Positions 57,888 through 64,000 of a DNA stretch of 64,000 bases are shown piece by piece (position 1 is the first letter of the stretch; every line of letters starts with the position of its first letter). Source of the stretch: Schmidtea polychroa (lineage: Eukaryota); NCBI GenBank assembly GCA_044892525.1, contig CM097885.1:6882001-6946000 (forward strand), read 5' to 3'. The notes beneath the pieces were generated by a model. That model searched no databases. It was not told where the DNA came from and saw only the letters and a program-made list of their open reading frames with translations. Both the position numbers and the translations under genes were made by a program.

Positions 57888-58091
57888 NNNNNNNNNNNNN
57901 NNNNNNNNNNNNNNNNNNNNNNNNNNNNNNNNNNNNNNNNNNNNNNNNNNNNNNNNNNNNNNNNNNNNNNNNNNNNNNNNNNNNNNNNNNNNNNNNNNNN
58001 NNNNNNNNNNNNNNNNNNNNNNNNNNNNNNNNNNNNNNNNNNNNNNNNNNNNNNNNNNNNNNNNNNNNNNNNNNNNNNNNNNNNNNNNNNN
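57888..58091. other. Assembly gap (N run)
   Basis: Run of N. Confidence 1.
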
Positions 58092-59800
58092 AACAGTTTA
58101 TAAATTATTTCTATTAAAACAATTATAGTTGTCGTTTTAAAGAAAGTTTTTGGTTACGATAAATTGTTATTTTTTTAACGGTTGTTGAGAATTAAGTTAC
58201 AGCAAAATTCTGTAATAAATACTTAATTAGTAAAAGTTTTCAATTTTCTATAAGAATTTCGTCTGAAAAGATTTGTTTTAATTAAGTTGATGAGATAAGT
58301 ATCTTATGCTGGATATCTAATTGACGCTTTTTTGAAATATTTTCATAATTAAAATAATTTTATTTGTTTTAATTAATGATATTTATGTGGGACTGTGAAT
58401 TGTCATTGGACAAAGAACTTTATTAAGTATGTATATATATTTTTTCGATCTTAATTGAATTGTTATTATTTTGTTTAAACAAAGAGTTCATTTCATGCCA
58501 AGAAACATTAATATAAAGATTAAAAAGGTCTTTCCAGACATTTGAAAGTCATGAAGAAAAGAACTTCTGAAAATGTTCATTTTATAATATTTTTATTCTG
58601 GGTACAAATGATAATTTGTTTTAATAAAAATGAAATTAGAGAAAAAGAAAGCAATTGTATTACCGACAGAGATCATTCAGATTGAAAAAGTCATTTTCAT
58701 TGTAGCACTTAACATGGTACATAGAAGGCTTTCCATTTTCATTAAATATAATAGCTTATACTGTTATAATTTTCATATACTATTGTTGTGAGGAGAGAAT
58801 TTTGACTTTTCTTTTTTTATAACAAATAACATGTAAAACATAGAACATTGCATTTTCCTCTTTATCGTAGGTAACTCCACCACCAACCTTTTATTTCAAA
58901 ATTGATGCGCTTTACAACTCTCCTTTTAATACATTCTCAATACATACTTTTAATAAATTTGTAATTATTAACTTCCTTTAAATTTGCTGGGATTTAACTG
59001 TATTTTATCCCTCCTTTGATAAGGTTCTCTCTGGATCAAGCATTTATTAAATTGCATTATCTGACTAAAATCATCTAACTCTTTGCCTGTTTGTTATATC
59101 AACTAATTAATTAATTATTTTGTATTTTTGATATAACCTTTACTAAGGACCCACTATCGATTTGAAATTATTATATTCATTTTGTCTTTTCATTTGCCTC
59201 CTGCATTTCCCTCAAAAAATATTGATTTTTACATTTTTTGTTTTGTACAAAATTCTCTATACATTTTCCATTAATTTATACAATCCCTGCAATATTGTAT
59301 TTATTTAAGTTGCGTTGGAAGTACTTTTTATTTTTACCATTCATTAAATTGTCACTTTTGGATAGGATGAATTTCCCTAAATTTCCCTAATGTCAAAACA
59401 TACACGAAGTCAATCAAAATATGAAATATTCTCTACTAATATTAAACAATATTTTGATATTATAACAGAAATATGTAATTTTATTCAATTTAAAATAATT
59501 ACAAATTGAAGTTGGGTTATTGCTACATTTCTAACTGTTCTAAGTGCAAAATGCTCCTACATTTCGTTATAAAGAAGTTTGTATCATGTTAAGTGAAAAA
59601 ATATAGCGAAATAATTCAGATCTGAAATTTACGGAGGCTTTACTTATCAGAAAATTAATTACATAAATTTATTTATTATTCAACAAACAAATATTTTCAT
59701 TTATTAAAATGATTTCTTGTTAGCATCATAAATTAAATGTTAAACAAGGGACATAATATTAGGGATTATCATATAATTTACTTGTTTGAAAATTTTTATA

Positions 59801-59821
59801 ACAATAATAATAATAATAATA

Positions 59822-59866
<45 letters not shown>

Positions 59867-59868
59867 GT
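59801..59868. repeat. Inverted microsatellite (AAT)n followed by (ATT)n
   Basis: ACAATAAT...AATAATTATTATT...ATTGT. Confidence 0.9.
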
Positions 59869-61534
59869 AAAGAAGAATAATAAATAAATATTACACAATT
59901 AATCAAAAAAACCTGTTACATAATAACATGTCAAAATCGTAGTTTCAAGATCAGAGTTTATTTATGATGTTTGATGCTAGTTTTTGAATATTGTAATATA
60001 TGTATTTGTGCAGATATTTTGTATCAATAATTATTAAACCAATAAACTTCCTTTTAGATATCATGCAATGAAGAGCTATATAATGATGTGTTTCTAATTA
60101 ACAATTATTATTATTATTATTTTCTAATAATTTTATTATGAGCAATTATAATATTTTATTTCTTTGATTCAAGTTCGTGTAGTTTAATGTATATTTTTGT
60201 ATGTATTGCACTGCACATTTTTGCATTACTATTAATTAATTAAATTATTTATATATTTATTTTATTTATATTTATTTTACAAAAATCGAGTAGCAGTAAA
60301 AGTAATTAATTGAAAATTAAAATTAGAAGTTGCTGTCATATTCAATTTATTATAAATAAAGAATTATTTTTATGTGGAGACATTCCGATATTACCGGTTT
60401 GACTTTAATTGCTTCATGTCTATTATTTATAGCTGCATTTATCCCCAATATTATTGGGTTTTTTTTAATTGAAAATTTTCAAACACAGTGGCTGAGTTGT
60501 TACTGATATGTTGGTTTCTGGAGGATAATAATTAATTTCCCAAAATTTCCTCCAACAACTCATCATTCCATGCCAGACAATCCAATCTGGTAAATTATTA
60601 TTCTTGTTGTTATTTGTGGAGAATTTTAAATTTTAAACTTTTCTGTCTGTGAAAAGGACAAATTTTCTGTTCTGACATATCTTTCAGTTTTTTTATTAGA
60701 ATTTATTTTGTAGGCCTTTCTCTCTATTAGGAATTGACTTTATATATTTCCCTGTTTGTTAATGTTTTGGTTTTGTTATGTTATTCGAATTTTTCTGTAA
60801 AGTTTGTGAAATATTGCTTCTTTTGATACTAGTTCTTTATAAAATATGTTATCCAAAATTGCAAGATAAGCATGTTTTTTCGTACACTTTGTACAAACAC
60901 TTGTAAGAATATTTTTTTTATAATATACTTTGCTTTTTTAATTAAATATATAGTTATTTACTAGGAAGGATTCTTTTAATTTTGCAATAAAAGCTAGGCA
61001 TAGGAAAATGAGTTTATAAAGGATGTACTGGTATTGAGCTACGTGTATGTCAGGTGATTTTAAGACGAAAGAGTCGTATAGATATAATTCTCTGGTTATT
61101 TCTAGTCTGTCTTTATTTTGTGTTTAAATTGTATTTATATATAATTGCATAAAAAAAGAAAAAAAACATTTAAAACAGATAAGAGAAAGCTATTGGAAAT
61201 ATAGCAATGATCAAGTTTTATATTTTTATTTGAAGACATTGAAGTATAAAGTGGTATTAATAAACAAAATTTGAAACCTAGTAAGGAAATTTCAATTCAA
61301 AGTCCGCAACAATTATCTACACAAATAGCTAGTGTAGTCTTAACATCCCTAATTCTTGTATTAGTGCATTGTCATTTGTGAAGTAACTGTAATTGGATAT
61401 TTGATTGCCTTGATCTTTATTTTATATTTATTATTGAATATTAATGTTGTCATGTTAGTTTGGTAAATATTAAATGACTAAATCCTTAAATTTTGTTATT
61501 GTTTAGTAATGATTCAAATTATAAATAATAGTAC

Positions 61535-61732
61535 TGAGGGTTCTACCCCTCTAACGTAAAGACCCCAGATAAGAATCACATTGTCAGACCACGTACACCA
61601 TTAAATTAAAAAATAAAAAACTTAGTACCTATGAAAAACTTACTGCCTAGTATTTAGTAAAAACCAATTACTCGATAAATAATTTATTAATTTGATGAAA
61701 ATGGCTTTGGGCTGGAGGAGGTAGAACCCTCA
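61535..61732. repeat. MITE-like unit with 13-bp perfect inverted repeats
   Basis: TGAGGGTTCTACC (61535-61547) and GGTAGAACCCTCA (61720-61732). Confidence 0.5.
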
Positions 61733-63030
61733 CTAATTGGAAAAAAATAATAATTTTATTGACTTGGAAAATATTTGGGAAAAGTTCTTGGAAAATTTTG
61801 GGACTTATTTGAGTCACTTAGATATATCTTCACTACTCCATTTCTTGAGACTTGGAAAATTCTCTGATTTGCACCTGCGCAAATATTATCGCTATAAAAA
61901 TGTATTTTTGCAAACCTTTTAATAAATATATTTCAAAATCTCATTAAGTGAAACATGAAAGAACCCAAGGTTCAAAAAATAAAATGTGGTGGGATCTACA
62001 ACAAGTGAGATAATAATCATTATACATTTCCAAATCATTCTTTTCTTGTATAATTTCAACCAAATCATTTCAATGAGGAAATGTTGTTGTTAAATCAGAC
62101 AAAATACATTTTTTGTTATCATAGTTTTCCAAAGAAGATTTTTATGATTTTTGTAATAACATCTCATGATTTTTAGAATTTAAATTATAAATAATATCCA
62201 TACTTTTTTCAGAAAATGGTTTGAAGCAATCTAAATAATTTTGATGAGTTATTTTTTATTTTATGTTTTACACATTTTTTATTCCTTTATTTTTATTTTC
62301 TTCGCCTTAAAAACATTTGAGAGAATATTGTTTAGCTCGGTCTACGACCTCATCAACAGAGATGACTTTATTGGTAAATTTCCCTACTACTTTTCAAAAA
62401 AAAATATTTTTAAAATTAATAAAAATTTAAAGTGTAAAAAACAACAGCTTAGATAGCACAGTGGGAATCTATTTAACAAACATCAATAATAAACATGGTT
62501 CAAATTCCAAGTAAAACTATTTTTATAAACAAATTTCAATGTTTCTGTTTTAATATAACAACTATTTTATAATTTGTTTTACTATTATAAAATAAATATT
62601 TTGTGTATTTTGTGTGTATTAGTATTTCTTTTAATTAACTTACAAAATAAATATGAAAAAATAATTTTTTGAACCGAGTGTGGTGGCGAAACTGGAGACA
62701 TCGCCACAACTCTTTCCAACACACCTGGGATTGATCCCTGAATTGTTTGAATTTCTTTCAAACAGTTTTGATTCAAAATTTTCTAAACGTTGAAATAACT
62801 TGATTTATGCTATTCACAACGATCTGTTGGCAAAGTATTTGAGGATTTTCTTTCAAGCATTCTTAAAATGGTTCCCTCGGATTCATGTGTTCAAACGGAT
62901 AGTGGCCTATCACAGTCAATTAAATTTTGCTAAAACTTCCCAGTATCATGTAAGTGTTGACGGACTTTGTTAAATATTCTTCTTCTTTATATCTGCGATT
63001 TTGTAAAGCTTCTTCATATAATTATCTTAC

Positions 63031-63652
63031 TTAACCCTTAATAACCTAGAGTTTCAATTTTGATACCAATCTTTTAAACCGAATGTTCACATTACTATTA
63101 GTTTTTTTTATAGGTTGGCTGTTCGTATTTTACTGTTGTATAATATTCTTTCCGACGAAATTAAAAAAAAACAAATGTCATTATTGTTTTATTTTATCTA
63201 TGACATATTACTTGCGCGGCAAAGTGAACAAATAAACACATTTTACTAAAAGTTTTGTTGAATACAAATTTTATATATTTTCTTTTTCTGAAGAATATAA
63301 ATACTTTTGAGGTAAGTGAATATATTATTTTTCCTATGATATAATTACTTTTTGCGAGTGCATGTTTTACTTGAAGAAACTAGTGCTATTTTTGTGAGTA
63401 CCAATTTTGATACTTCAGGCATTCCGCCCTACATAAAACCTACCTACTAATTCTTTAGCTATAAAAACTTTTTGAACTTCCGTTTCATTATTTTTCTGCA
63501 TAGCTTGGTGTTGGAATTACTTTTATTTTTATTTTATTATAGAAATTTATCAAAAATGCGACCAGAATAGATGAAGAGAATATTGAAGCGGTTAGAAAAT
63601 GGTGAAATTTCGGAAGACGATTCCACCGACAATGAAGATGACATAGACTATT
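63031..63652 (+). mobile_element. Left end of a piggyBac-like element with the start of its transposase, interrupted by a Polinton
   Basis: TTAA|CCCT terminus at 63031-63038. Acidic N-terminus MKRILKRLENGEISEDDSTDNEDDIDY (63571-63651) ends at ACTATT. Confidence 0.65.
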
Positions 63653-64000
63653 AGTAGTATGATTGGAGCTCCCCAGGCCAGGAGCTCCCCCGGCCACATA
63701 TACCCCCTCCCCCCCCCCGGGAAATTTTTTTTTAAATAAAAGGTCAAGGTCATTTATTTTTTTTTAATTTTTTGTTTTAATTAATTGGCCGGGAGGGCTC
63801 ACACTTTTTTTCATCCCAAAAATTAATGTTTCTGCCAACATATTATATTGATCGATAGCTTATTTTAAAGCTCAGTCCAAGACCTTTCGAATGAGCTATA
63901 GGTATCATATATATCTTTAATAGTTTTAATGTTATTAACAATTGATGACCACCTTTTCAACGTTAAATTATTATTATTTTCCAAAATATTATTAATTGGC
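63653..64000. mobile_element. Left end (TIR) of a Polinton/Maverick-like element, running off the window end
   Basis: Starts AGTAGTATGATTGGAGCTCC, the inverted copy of 4760-5016. Preceded by ACTATT. Confidence 0.8.

Overview
AT-rich eukaryotic (animal) genomic DNA, dominated by transposable elements, with two N gaps. The host is plausibly a planarian-like flatworm, inferred from the (AAT)n tracts, 42-50 nt introns, a TRAF-family gene and the giant LTR element. The centrepiece is a young, structurally complete 30,635-bp Ty3/gypsy (Metaviridae) element at 5711-36345. It has 4.2-kb LTRs, TGTTGG...CCAACA ends, a CTAC target-site duplication and a tRNA-Pro primer site. Besides gag and PR-RT-RH-IN it carries an IAP-type RING, three ubiquitin-like domains, a Bcl-2-like domain, ankyrin repeats, an intronless TRAF, coiled-coil and membrane proteins, and an ORF inside the LTR. 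Most unusually, a chuvirus-like envelope glycoprotein sits upstream of the protease in the same reading frame. Its size matches the giant Burro-type elements known from Schmidtea mediterranea, so the family may be known; whether this architecture is described needs checking. The window is bounded by two Polinton/Maverick ends facing outward. Both carry the same 6-bp TSD (ACTATT) and the two halves of one interrupted piggyBac gene, in permuted order. Also present: a frameshifted hAT transposon, a Penelope-like relic, an intron-containing host TRAF-like gene, MITE-like inverted repeats and satellites. All domain calls are by-eye motif recognition, not database searches, and sub-domain boundaries are approximate.
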